Assembly: GCA_038213805.1 (NCBI GenBank)
Contig: JBBQSO010000007.1
Span: 9,127 to 73,126 of the forward strand
Origin: Planctomycetota bacterium
GTDB lineage: Bacteria > Planctomycetota > UBA11346
DNA length: 64,000 nucleotides
Direction: 5' to 3'
A program made the translations under genes and the position numbers. A model generated the notes under the pieces. The model did no database searches and was not told the origin of the DNA. It worked only from the letters and a program-made list of their open reading frames with translations. Shown here in pieces: positions 8,535-18,100 of the stretch (the stretch's first letter is position 1; each line of letters opens with the position of its first letter).

Positions 8535-10097
8535 ATGATGCTCTGCCCCAGCTGCGGCCGCGCCTACGATCCACCGGCGCGCTTCTGTGCGACCTGCGCA
8601 CAGAGCGACGGTGCGCCGGTGGCGCTGCGCGCAGCGGGTGCGGCGCAAGCGGGCGCCGCAGCCCCAACGCGGCCCGCCGTCCAAGCCCCCACGGCCGCGG
8701 GCGGCGCTGCAGCGCGCGCTCCGGCGGCCCCGCCCACGCAGACGGCGGCCCCGCGGGCCGGGCCAGCCGCCACCCCGGGCAAACCGCAGGGCATCGCCAT
8801 CGGCGAGCAGGCGGTGGTCAGCGGCGACGTCATCGGCCACCAGGTGCAGCACATCTACCAGGGCACCGCGAACGTCACCAACATCACCCAGGTCGACGAC
8901 ACCAAGCGCATGCTGAGCTGCGCGATCTGCGGCCTGGGCGGCACGCTGGCGGACGGATTCCACGCTTGCCCGGGCTGCGCGCGCACCACCTGCGCAAAGC
9001 ATTTTGACGAGCAGGCGCGGCTGTGCGCCGACTGCCGCGATTCGGCGTCGACGGTCAAGGAAGACCTCTACCGGCAGCAGGTGCGGCGCTTCCTGGAACC
9101 GGGCTGCGTGATCGACGCGGTCGAACGCCAGCAGCTCGACGAATCGCGCCAGTCCCTGGGTCTGAGCGCGGTGCGCGCCGCCGACCTCGAACGCTCGGTC
9201 AAGGACTGCCACCCGGGTGGCGGCTGGGGCGCGCTGCAGCAGCGCCAGCTCGAGGCCGCACGGCGCATGCTGATCGCCGGCGCAGTCACCCCCGAGGCGC
9301 TCTCCTACCTCGAACCGCTCGCCCAGCGCCACCCCGAACACCACGAGCTGCAGGCGCTGTGGCTGGAGGCCCTCGCCGAGGCCGACCCGGAGCGCGCCCT
9401 GGAGCTGAGCGCACACGCCGCGGTGGACGTGCCCGCGCATCCCCTGGTGCGCGCGCGCCTGCTCGCGGCGCGCGGCCGCTACCAGGAGGCCATCGATCTG
9501 CTCGACGACGCGCGCACCAAGCAGCGGCTTGAGGTCGCGCACGTGCGCTTCACCGCCGCCGCCGCCGAACTCGCCATGCTGCAGGCGCGCGCCACCGGCA
9601 ACCGCCTGTATCTGGCGGACGCCGAGGCACGGCTCGCCGAGATCACCGGCAGCCGCGACCCCTACGTCCAGGCGTTGGTGCGCCTGCTGGCGCTGCTGCG
9701 CGGCGCCACGCCGCCGCCGCCGCCCGCGGTGCCGGCCGCGGACCTGGCGACGCGGCGCGCGCTGCTGCAGGAGGCCGCCGCGCGCGCCACCATCCAGGCG
9801 GCCGCGCCACCACCGACCGGCCGCATCCTGCGCAGCCACGCGCCGCGCTCGGCGACGGTCTGGACCACCGCACCGGGCCAGGCCGGCTACATCCGCGACG
9901 AGGACGCACGCGGCAGCGGCTCCAGCTCTGCGCAGCGTGCGATCGTCCCTGGCGCCAAACAGGTGCCGCTCGACAAACCCCCGCGCGAAGGCGACCCGCC
10001 CACCACGCGCGTCTTCCACCGCCTGACGCCGACCGAGCGCATCGCCGACGAGGGTGACGCGCCGAACGTGGCCCCGCCGGGGGACGGGGCGATCTGA
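8535..10097 (+). CDS. Zinc-ribbon / zinc-finger protein with Pro-Ala-rich linker and TPR-like helical repeats (function unknown)
   Basis: N-terminal MMLCPSCGRAYDPPARFCATCAQ zinc ribbon. A second Cys/His cluster (CAICGLGG...HACPGCARTTCAKHF...CADCRD). Helical repeat region (ALSYLEPLAQRHPEHHELQALWLEALAEADPERALELSAHAAVD...RGRYQEAIDLLDDART). Confidence 0.6.
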   Translation: MMLCPSCGRAYDPPARFCATCAQSDGAPVALRAAGAAQAGAAAPTRPAVQAPTAAGGAAARAPAAPPTQTAAPRAGPAATPGKPQGIAIGEQAVVSGDVIGHQVQHIYQGTANVTNITQVDDTKRMLSCAICGLGGTLADGFHACPGCARTTCAKHFDEQARLCADCRDSASTVKEDLYRQQVRRFLEPGCVIDAVERQQLDESRQSLGLSAVRAADLERSVKDCHPGGGWGALQQRQLEAARRMLIAGAVTPEALSYLEPLAQRHPEHHELQALWLEALAEADPERALELSAHAAVDVPAHPLVRARLLAARGRYQEAIDLLDDARTKQRLEVAHVRFTAAAAELAMLQARATGNRLYLADAEARLAEITGSRDPYVQALVRLLALLRGATPPPPPAVPAADLATRRALLQEAAARATIQAAAPPPTGRILRSHAPRSATVWTTAPGQAGYIRDEDARGSGSSSAQRAIVPGAKQVPLDKPPREGDPPTTRVFHRLTPTERIADEGDAPNVAPPGDGAI

Positions 10098-10243
10098 AGT
10101 CCGGCACTGCGAGCGGCGGCCCGGGTGCCGTGCAGGCGACCTGTGACCTGGCGAACACCAGCTTCCGAATCCGGATCAGAGATCCCGCAGCGTGACGAAG
10201 CGCTCTCCGCAAGCGGCTTGGCCTGGCCGCGCACCAACAGGGT

Positions 10244-10585
10244 TCACTGCGCGCCCGGAGGCCCTTGGGTATCCGCGTGGGGATCGCGCTTGGTAGGCTC
10301 GCCTGCGCCCGGCACGTCTCCGCATTTCCGCAGGTCAGCGCTGAGGCGGGCGATGCGCCGGCTCAGCCACCACAGCCGCAGCGTCCAGACCGCAAACGCG
10401 AGAAAGAACCCGAGGAGGATCAGGTATAGACCCACCGTCACGCAGAAGTGCGTGGTATCGTGCGCGAAGGTGATCGGCTGGCCCCGCCGCCCGATCACCA
10501 CGCCATGGAAGACGTCCTTGAGCGCGATGGCCAGAAGGACGATGAGGACGGGCAGGATGACGGCCAAAAACCAGCGCGCGCGCAT
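10244..10585 (-). CDS. Small hypothetical membrane protein
   Basis: Internal Met start MRARWFLAVILPVLIVLLAIAL followed by two predicted TM helices. There is no homology I can name. Confidence 0.35.
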   Translation of the reverse strand: MRARWFLAVILPVLIVLLAIALKDVFHGVVIGRRGQPITFAHDTTHFCVTVGLYLILLGFFLAFAVWTLRLWWLSRRIARLSADLRKCGDVPGAGEPTKRDPHADTQGPPGAQ

Positions 10586-10666
10586 GGCGGCGATGGTAGC
10601 TGCGCGGCAGACCGCGCCAATCACGCGTGTCCACGACGCCTTGGCGTCGTGGACACGCGCGGCCGG

Positions 10667-11413
10667 TCAGCGCAGTCCGCCGCCGGTGAGCAGCTGCTCA
10701 CCCGTCAACCAGCGCGCCTCATCGGAAGCGAGGAACACCACCACGTCAGCGATGTCGCCGGGCTGACCGAGGCGGCCGAGCGGGGTCTGGGCGACGATCT
10801 GGGCCTGGAATTCCGAGCCGATGAAGCCGGCGCTGTGCACGCCCTCGGTCTCGACCATGCCGGGATTCACGGTGTTGACGCGGATCTTCTTCGCGCCGAG
10901 CTCACGCGCGAGCACGCCGGTGATGGCGTCGACAGCGCCCTTGGTGCCGCTGTAGACGGCGCTGCCGGGGGGCGTGGTGCGCGAGACCACCGAGCCGATG
11001 TTGATGACGCTGGCGCCCTCGCCGAGGTGCGGCAGCGCGGCCTGGGTGGTGAGCAGCAGGCCGAGCACGTTGACGCCAAACTGGCGGTGGAACTGCTCTT
11101 CGGTGATGTCCTGGAGGGCGGTGAACTCGTAGACGCCGGAGTTGTTCACCAGGATGTCGAGGCGGCCGAAGGCCTTGATGCCCGCGGCGATGATGCCCTG
11201 GGCGTCGGCCTTCTTGCTGACATCGCCAGCCACGGCGACGGCCTTGCCACCGGCCTTGACGATGGCGGCGACGACCGCGTCGGCGCCGGCCTTGCTGGAG
11301 GCATAATTGACGACCACCGCCGCGCCCGCGGCGGCGAGGGCCTTGGCGATGGCTGCGCCGATGCCTTTGGATGCGCCGGTGACGACGGCTACTTTGCCGG
11401 TGAGCTTGGACAT
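10667..11413 (-). CDS. Short-chain dehydrogenase/reductase (SDR) family oxidoreductase
   Basis: TGASKGIG cofactor-binding motif, NNSG, and a YSGTKGAV catalytic YxxxK motif. 248 aa. Confidence 0.9.
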   Translation of the reverse strand: MSKLTGKVAVVTGASKGIGAAIAKALAAAGAAVVVNYASSKAGADAVVAAIVKAGGKAVAVAGDVSKKADAQGIIAAGIKAFGRLDILVNNSGVYEFTALQDITEEQFHRQFGVNVLGLLLTTQAALPHLGEGASVINIGSVVSRTTPPGSAVYSGTKGAVDAITGVLARELGAKKIRVNTVNPGMVETEGVHSAGFIGSEFQAQIVAQTPLGRLGQPGDIADVVVFLASDEARWLTGEQLLTGGGLR

Positions 11414-11552
11414 GGGAGACTCCTGGGTTGGGGTTGGCTGGGGAAGGGCGGAAGAGGCGCGAGCGCCCCGCTTGCCGCCGTCTTCCTATGTTCTATAGTT
11501 CGGATCTTACGCACTATGGAACCAGGTCAAGGCCCGTTAGGATGCACCCGTC

Positions 11553-11948
11553 GTGAAGCCCCTCACCCATCCCGCGCTGCAGGACATCACCGTCGAGGGC
11601 ATCCTCCACGCCCTGTCGGATCCAGTGCGGGTGGCGATCTACGTGGGCATCATCAAGGCCGCCTGCGCGCACAGTTGCGCCAGCCTGCTGACGGTGTGCG
11701 ACCGGCCGATCCCCAAGTCGACGCTCTCCCAGCACTTCAAGGCGCTGCGCGAAGCCGGCCTGATCCGCGGCGAGCGGCACGGCGTCGAGATGCGCAACAC
11801 CTCGCGCTGTATCGAAATCGAGCAACGTTTCCCGGGCCTGATCGCCGCCATCCTCCAGGCGCACAGCCTGCAGATCGCGGAACGGGCCCAGGCCATGTCC
11901 CCCAGGCGCAAGCCGGCCGTCCGCGGCGCGGTGCGACCCGCCAGCTGA
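11553..11948 (+). CDS. ArsR/SmtB-family HTH transcriptional regulator
   Basis: ILHALSDPVRVAIYVGI...LSQHFKALREAGLIRGERHG winged-helix signature. Divergent from the SDR gene and immediately upstream of the kinase/receiver pair. Confidence 0.8.
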   Translation: MKPLTHPALQDITVEGILHALSDPVRVAIYVGIIKAACAHSCASLLTVCDRPIPKSTLSQHFKALREAGLIRGERHGVEMRNTSRCIEIEQRFPGLIAAILQAHSLQIAERAQAMSPRRKPAVRGAVRPAS

Positions 11949-11985
11949 CGCCGCCACCCATCCACGGACCGACCTCCAGGCCCCT

Positions 11986-13134
11986 ATGACCGATCCCGCC
12001 CCCGCGTCCCAGGCCGCAGCACCGGAGGGCTGGTGGGACCAGCTGTGGTCGTCGTCCTTCATGCCGCACGGTTGCTGCTACAACTGGCAGCCGGGGATCA
12101 TCTGGTCGCACGTCATCTCGGACGCGATCATCTTTCTCGCGTACTACTCCATCCCGCTCATCCTCTTCGCCTTCGTGCGCAAGCGGAGGGACATCCCCTT
12201 CAACGCGATCTTCATCATCTTCGGCGTCTTCATCCTGGCCTGCGGCACCACCCACCTGCTCGACGTGATCGATGTGTACGTGCCGCTCTACCGGCTGGCG
12301 GCGGCGGTGAAGATCGTCACCGCCATCGTCTCGATCGCCGCGGTGTGGATGCTGGTGCCGGTGCTGCCGCAGGCCCTCGCCCTGCCCTCGCTCAAGACCA
12401 CGAACGCGCGCCTGGAATCGCTGACCGGCGATCTGCGCCGCTCGAACGCCGAACTCGAGCAGTTCGCCTACATCGCCTCGCACGATCTGCAGGAACCGCT
12501 GCGCATGATCAGCGTGCACCTGGACCTGCTCAGCCGCAGCCACGGCGCCCGCCTCGACGACAAGGGCCGCAGCCACATCGACGTCGCGACCGCGGGCGCT
12601 GAGCGCATGCGCCAGCTGATCTCCTCGCTGCTCGCTTTTGCACGCATCGATCAGATCCCGACGGCCACCGAGGCGGTCGACGCCAACCTGGCGGTGGCCG
12701 ACGCCCTGCAGAACCTTGCCGAGCAAATCGCCCAGTCCCGCGCCGAGATCGCGTGCGATCCCCTGCCGCGCGTGCCCATGGAGCGCGGGCAGCTGACCCT
12801 CATCTTCCAGAACCTGATCAGCAACGCCGTCAAGTTCGGCCGCGCGGACTCCGGACCGCCGCAGGTCGCAGTCCGCGCCGCCGCCAGGGACGGCGAGGTG
12901 GTGTTCTCGGTCCAGGACAACGGCATCGGCATCGATCCAGCCCATTTCGCCCGCATATTCCTGATCTTCCAACGCATCCACGACCGCAAGACCTTCGCGG
13001 GCAGCGGCATCGGCTTGGCGAGCGTCAAGAAGGTCGTCGAGCGGCATGGCGGCCGCATCTGGGTCGAGTCCAGGCCCGGCGCGGGCGCGACCTTCCATTT
13101 CTCAATCCCTGACCACCGCGAGGCGGCACCATGA
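11986..13134 (+). CDS. Sensor histidine kinase with an N-terminal ethylene-binding-domain (ETR1-like, 3 TM helices) fused directly to HisKA and HATPase_c
   Basis: TM1 VISDAIIFLAYYSIPLILFAFV, TM2 FGVFILACGTTHLL and TM3 AAAVKIVTAIVSIAAVWMLVPVLP align with Arabidopsis ETR1 (YISDFFIAIAYFSIPLELIYFV / FGAFIVLCGATHLI / AKVLTAVVSCATALMLVHIIP). The Cu-ligand Cys and His keep the same spacing (CGxxH). H-box IASHDLQEPLRM, and a G-box GSGIGLASVKK. Confidence 0.85.
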   Translation: MTDPAPASQAAAPEGWWDQLWSSSFMPHGCCYNWQPGIIWSHVISDAIIFLAYYSIPLILFAFVRKRRDIPFNAIFIIFGVFILACGTTHLLDVIDVYVPLYRLAAAVKIVTAIVSIAAVWMLVPVLPQALALPSLKTTNARLESLTGDLRRSNAELEQFAYIASHDLQEPLRMISVHLDLLSRSHGARLDDKGRSHIDVATAGAERMRQLISSLLAFARIDQIPTATEAVDANLAVADALQNLAEQIAQSRAEIACDPLPRVPMERGQLTLIFQNLISNAVKFGRADSGPPQVAVRAAARDGEVVFSVQDNGIGIDPAHFARIFLIFQRIHDRKTFAGSGIGLASVKKVVERHGGRIWVESRPGAGATFHFSIPDHREAAP

Positions 13135-13658
13135 ATACGAGCACGGCCAAGCGCCTTCTCATCGTCGACGACAACGAGAGCGACATCGAGCTCATCACCC
13201 TGGCCCTCGAAGAGCTGGGCTGCACCCCCGCCGTCAGCACCGCCAGCAATGGCGCGGACGCCGTGGCCCTGCTCGACCAGATGGTCACCGGCAGCAGCGC
13301 CGCCCTGCCCGACGCCATGCTCCTCGACCTGAACATGCCGCGCATGGGCGGTCAGGAAGTCCTGGCGTACATCGCCAGCCAGCCCGCGCTCGCAGCCATG
13401 CCAGTGGCGGTCCTCACCACCTCGGATTCCCCGCGCGACCGCGCCACCTGCCTGCAGCTGGGCGCATGCCTCTACATCGTGAAGGCCTACCGCCTCGCCG
13501 AATTCGTCGCCTCGCTGAAGCCGATCGTCGAGCTCCTCGGCCCCGCCACCGGCACGCCACCGCCGAACCCGCCCCAGGGCGGCAGCGCCACCGCGACACC
13601 GATGCAGGCATCGGCAGCCCGCACCGACCCACCACGAATCGAACGAACGCGCACTTAA
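13131..13658 (+). CDS. Single-domain response regulator (CheY-like receiver)
   Basis: LLIVDDNESDIELI...AMLLDLNMPRMGGQEVL...VAVLTTSDSP. Its start overlaps the kinase stop (ATGA). Confidence 0.85.
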   Translation: MNTSTAKRLLIVDDNESDIELITLALEELGCTPAVSTASNGADAVALLDQMVTGSSAALPDAMLLDLNMPRMGGQEVLAYIASQPALAAMPVAVLTTSDSPRDRATCLQLGACLYIVKAYRLAEFVASLKPIVELLGPATGTPPPNPPQGGSATATPMQASAARTDPPRIERTRT

Positions 13659-13786
13659 GGCAGCGGGGTGTCCGGGGCCCTCCACACGCTCATCCAGCGC
13701 GCTTGCATGACGGGGCGGAGAAGGTCCCCACGGCGGATCTCGGGGCTCGCCGCGCGCAGGTCGCGTCCGGAGCCTAGAATCGTCCC

Positions 13787-15142
13787 CTAAACTTCAGCGA
13801 GCGGCTGGTCCGCATCCCCGAAGCGCGGCACCTTCAGCCCCATCTTGTCCATCAGCGACAGGTGCAGACGGCACATCTGCCGCGCCGGCTTGCCGGTGTA
13901 GTCGAGCACCCGCCCGCCGGCGATGCGCCCGCCGGCGCCGCCAACGAGCACCATCGGCAGCTGATCGTTGTTGTGCTGGCCGGTCATCATGCTTGAACCG
14001 TACACCAGCATGGAATTGTCGAGCAGGGTGCGCGGTCCTTCCTGGATCGCGTCGAGCCGGCGCGCGAGGTAGGCGAGCTGCTCGAGGAAGAAGACGTTGA
14101 CCTTGAGCCAGTCCGCCGAGTCCGAGTGCGAGAGCAGGTGGTGGATCATGTAGTCCACGCCGAGGTCCGGATAGCGCTGCGAGGAGTGGTCGTTGTTGAG
14201 CTTGAGGGTGGCGAGGCGCGTGGTGTCGGTCTGGAAGCCGAGCACCACGATGTCGCACATCAGACGCATGTGCTCGCCGAGGTGCTCGGGCAGGCCGTCG
14301 GCGGGGCGCGCGCGGTCGGGCTTGGCGAGTGTCGGCTGCCAGTCCCGCGCGGTGCGCACGCGCGCCCCGGCGAGACGCTTTTCGACGTCGCGCACCGATT
14401 CCAGGTACTCGTCGAATTTACGCTGATCGCCGCTGCCCAGCTCGCGGCGCAGGCCGCCGGCGTCGTCCAGCACCGCGTCGAGCACGCCCTGGTCGCCGCG
14501 CGCGGCGCCGTCGCTGAACAGCCGGTCGAAGGCCAGCGCCGGGTAGATCTCGAGCGGCGTCGGCGTGGTCGGCGAGCTCCACGAGATGTGCGAGCTGTAG
14601 AGCATCGAGTAGTTCTTGTGCACCGACGGATTCGACTTCTCGCAGCCCAGCACCAGGCTCGGCACGGTCGTCTGGTCGCCGAAGCGCTGCGCCAGCAGCT
14701 GGTCGACGCTGGTGCCGGAACGGATCTCGCCACCGGAGGCGAGCGGCGCGCCAGAGAGCCAGTTGCCGGTCTGTGAGCTGTGGATGTTGCCCTTGGTCGC
14801 CTCGTCGTGGTAGAGGCCACGGATGAACAGCAGTTTTTTGCGGAAATCGGCCAGCGGCGCCAGCACTTTGCCCAACTCCATCTCCGCGCCGGCGCCCTTC
14901 GCCCACCATTCCTTGCTGTGGAAGCCGTTGCCCGAGAACAGCACCGCGAGACGCACCGGCGCTTCCGGTACGCCGCCCTGCGCCGCCGGTTCACCACCCC
15001 AGGCGGGCAGCGATTCGAGCCACGGCAGCGCCATGGCGACGCCCAGACCGCGCAGCAGGGTGCGGCGCGAGAGCCCGCGCGCGCGGTGCGCGCCGGGGAC
15101 GCGGTGGATGCGGTCGTTCATGGGTGCTCCGTTGTGACTCAT
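13787..15142 (-). CDS. DUF1552 domain protein (Tat-signal, partner of DUF1592/PSD proteins)
   Basis: Twin-arginine signal SRRTLLRGLGVAMALPW. Conserved DUF1552 blocks (FHSKEWW, HLLSHSDSADWLKVNVFFLEQLAYLARRLDAIQEG, MVLVGGAGGRIAGGRVLDY). Its start overlaps the stop of the upstream gene. Confidence 0.85.
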   Translation of the reverse strand: MSHNGAPMNDRIHRVPGAHRARGLSRRTLLRGLGVAMALPWLESLPAWGGEPAAQGGVPEAPVRLAVLFSGNGFHSKEWWAKGAGAEMELGKVLAPLADFRKKLLFIRGLYHDEATKGNIHSSQTGNWLSGAPLASGGEIRSGTSVDQLLAQRFGDQTTVPSLVLGCEKSNPSVHKNYSMLYSSHISWSSPTTPTPLEIYPALAFDRLFSDGAARGDQGVLDAVLDDAGGLRRELGSGDQRKFDEYLESVRDVEKRLAGARVRTARDWQPTLAKPDRARPADGLPEHLGEHMRLMCDIVVLGFQTDTTRLATLKLNNDHSSQRYPDLGVDYMIHHLLSHSDSADWLKVNVFFLEQLAYLARRLDAIQEGPRTLLDNSMLVYGSSMMTGQHNNDQLPMVLVGGAGGRIAGGRVLDYTGKPARQMCRLHLSLMDKMGLKVPRFGDADQPLAEV

Positions 15143-18100
15143 GGTTCATCGTCCTCGGACACCGCGCCGCGGCCGCGGATCTCGCGGAACTGGCGGCTGC
15201 GCACGATCAGCTCGACCGCGGTGCCCGCGCGCCAGCCGTTCGCGGCGAGCGCGGACTGCATCTCGTGGAGCAGCGGCTCGTCGGACAGGCGCACGGCGCG
15301 ACCGAGGGCGAAACCGAGCAGCTTGCGGCAGAACTGCCCGGTGAAGGCGGCCGCCCGCGGCCCGGCGAGGTAGGCGCGCAGGCCGTCCAGACCGGCGAGG
15401 CGCGTGCCGTCGGCGGTGGTCGCGGTGATATCGAGCGGTTTGCCGCCCGGGTCGCGGTCCTGGGCGTGGCCGATACCGTCGAAGCCCTCGAGCGCGAAAC
15501 CGAAGGCATCGAAGCGCTGGTGGCAGCCGGCGCAGCGCGCGTCGCTGACGTGGCGTTCGGTCAGTGCGCGCACGCTCAGGGCGGCGTCGGCCTGCTCCGG
15601 GAAGGGCGGCACGTCCTTGGGTGGGCGCGGCAGGCGCTCGCCGAGGAGGGTCTCGGAGACCCACGCGCCGCGCAGGATCGGACTGGTGCGCGAGGCGCCC
15701 GATTGCTTCGCAAGGATCGCGGCCTGGCCGAGGATGCCGCCGCGGCCAAGCGCGCGCAGGCCCTCGACGCGCCGCCACTCCGGACCGTCCGCGCTCCATG
15801 GGATGCCGTAGTGAGCGGCCAGCGCCTTGTCGACGAAGGTGTGGTCGGCGTCGAGCAGGCTGAGCACGGAGCGGTCGCTCTGAAAGAGGTCGGCGAGGAA
15901 GCGGATGGATTCCTCGTACATGCTGCCGCGCAGCGCGAGGAAGGCGGGGAAGGCCTTCTCGCTCTTCTCGTCGAGCTGGTCGAAACCGCGCACGTGCAGC
16001 CAGCTGCAGCCGAACTCGACCGCCAGGCGGCGCGCGCGCGCATCGCCCAGCAGGCGCCGCGCCTGCGCAGCGAGCGCGGCCGGATCGCGCAGCGCGCCGG
16101 AGGCCGCGGCCGCGCGCAGGGCAGCGTCGGGCGGGCCGGACCACAGGAAGTACGAGAGGCGGGTGGCCAGCTCCCAGTCGCCGACCGGGCCCTGTGCGGC
16201 GCCCGGCACCGGACGCTCGGCACGGTAGAGGAAGGCCGGCGCCGCGAGCACGCGCGTCAGTACCAGGCGCAGCGCCTCGTCGTGGTGCAGACCCTCGGTG
16301 CGCCAGGTGCCGTAGCGAGCGCGCAAGGCCTGCTGCTCGTCCGCGGTCAGCGGCCGGCGCCACGCCTGCGCCGCGAAGGCGAGCGTGGCGTCGAGCTGCA
16401 CCGGTTCGGCGTCGAGCAGGCGCTGGCGCAAGGCGGCGGCGCGCGCCGTGATCGGCTGGCGCAGCGGCTCGAGCTTACGCGGGTCGCCGTCCTGGGTGGC
16501 GTACTGCAGGATCTGCTCGAAGGCGTCGACGGTGGTCAGGGCGTCCTGGCTGACGAAGCGCAGGCGGTCCCACAGGCGGTCGAGCTGCACGCGCTGCGCG
16601 TCGTCCAGCATCAGGGTGACCAGCGGGCCGTCCTCGCGGTAGAACAGCGTCAGGGTGATGACCTCGTCCGCGGGCACTATCTTGGTGTAGCACAGCGCGG
16701 CCGGGAAGAGCGCGCGGAAATCGGCGTAGGCAGAGGTCCAACGCGCCTGCGCGGCGGCGCCGGCGATGATCGGCAACGTCGGGTCCGGAAGGAGGCCGGC
16801 GGCGGCCGGGGCGGTGGCGGCGAGCCGCGCCTGAGCGCTGGCCTCCGCCGCCGCGGGACCGGGCGCACAGGCCGCGGTGGCGACCAGCTCGCAGCCGGCG
16901 ACCAGTCCGGCAGGCAGGCGCACGGCGAGGATGGTGCCAATCGCCACGCACAGGTCGTCGGCGTCGCAGGCGGCGCCGTCGGGGCGCTTGCCGAACAGCG
17001 CCGGATCGAGGCCCCACGGCGAGTCCGCGGCCGGGACCGCCGGCGTGGTGGCCGCGGCGAGCGGGCCGGCGAACGAGGCGAGCTGCCGGTAGAGCTTCGC
17101 GTCCGCGCCGTCGCCCGCCGGAGCCGGTGCCAGCAGCAGGCGCTGCAGATCATCAGCGAGGCGCGCCTGCGTGGCCGGATCGGCGGTGGCCTGCCAGCGC
17201 GCCAAAAGCGAGTCTGCGGGCGCGCCGGGGTGCTCGCTCATCACCGCGGTCGGCTCGCTGTAGAAATGCCACACCGCGGGATGCCCAGCGGCGTCGGCGT
17301 GCGGGTTGCCGGCAAGGATATCGCCCGACACCTCGCGCGTCAGCGACCACGTGACCGGGTTCGGGCCGTCACCGGTCAGGGTCAGCTCGACGTCGGTGAG
17401 GTCGCAGGAATGGTCGGCATTGCGCGGTCCGACCAGCAGCGCGATCAGGTCGCCCGGCTGCACGGTGACGCCGTCGAGCGGGCCGAAGGGCACGCTGTCG
17501 GCGTTGATCGCGGTGCCGGCGGCCAGACGCCGGCGCGCGCTGCCGCGGCGCAGCTCAAGCACCCACTCCACGCCGTTGCCGCATTCCGGATGCGCGTGCA
17601 TGACCGCGCCGGCGATGCGCAGCGTCGCGGTCACCGGGCTTTGCCAGCCCACCGCCACGCAGCGCGTCGGCGACGGGTGCACGACCACGCCGTGCGCCTT
17701 CATCTTGCCCGGGATGCGCACCGCCTGGTCGGAGGCGTTGGCCATCACCGACGGCGTTTCTGTCGAACCCCAGCCGGTGACGAACTCGTAGGCGCCGGCG
17801 CGGGGCAGGCGGTTGTCGAAGTGTTCAAGCGCGAGGTCGCCGGCGAAGCCGACGCCGAGATAGCCGAGCCACGCAGCGAGCACACCGGGATCGATATGGT
17901 GGCGCTGCGCCAGCTGCGCGACGTCGCCATGCGCGTCGCCAGCGGCGTCGACCGCGGCGGCGAGCGCCGCCGCGGTGCCGGCGAAGGTGCGCACGCGCCG
18001 CGCGAGCAGGTCGTCGACGTAGGCGCGCGCCACGCGCAGCGGCAGCGGCGGCCGGCCGGGGATGACCAGACGCGGCTGTCGCCATACCACCAGGCCGGCA

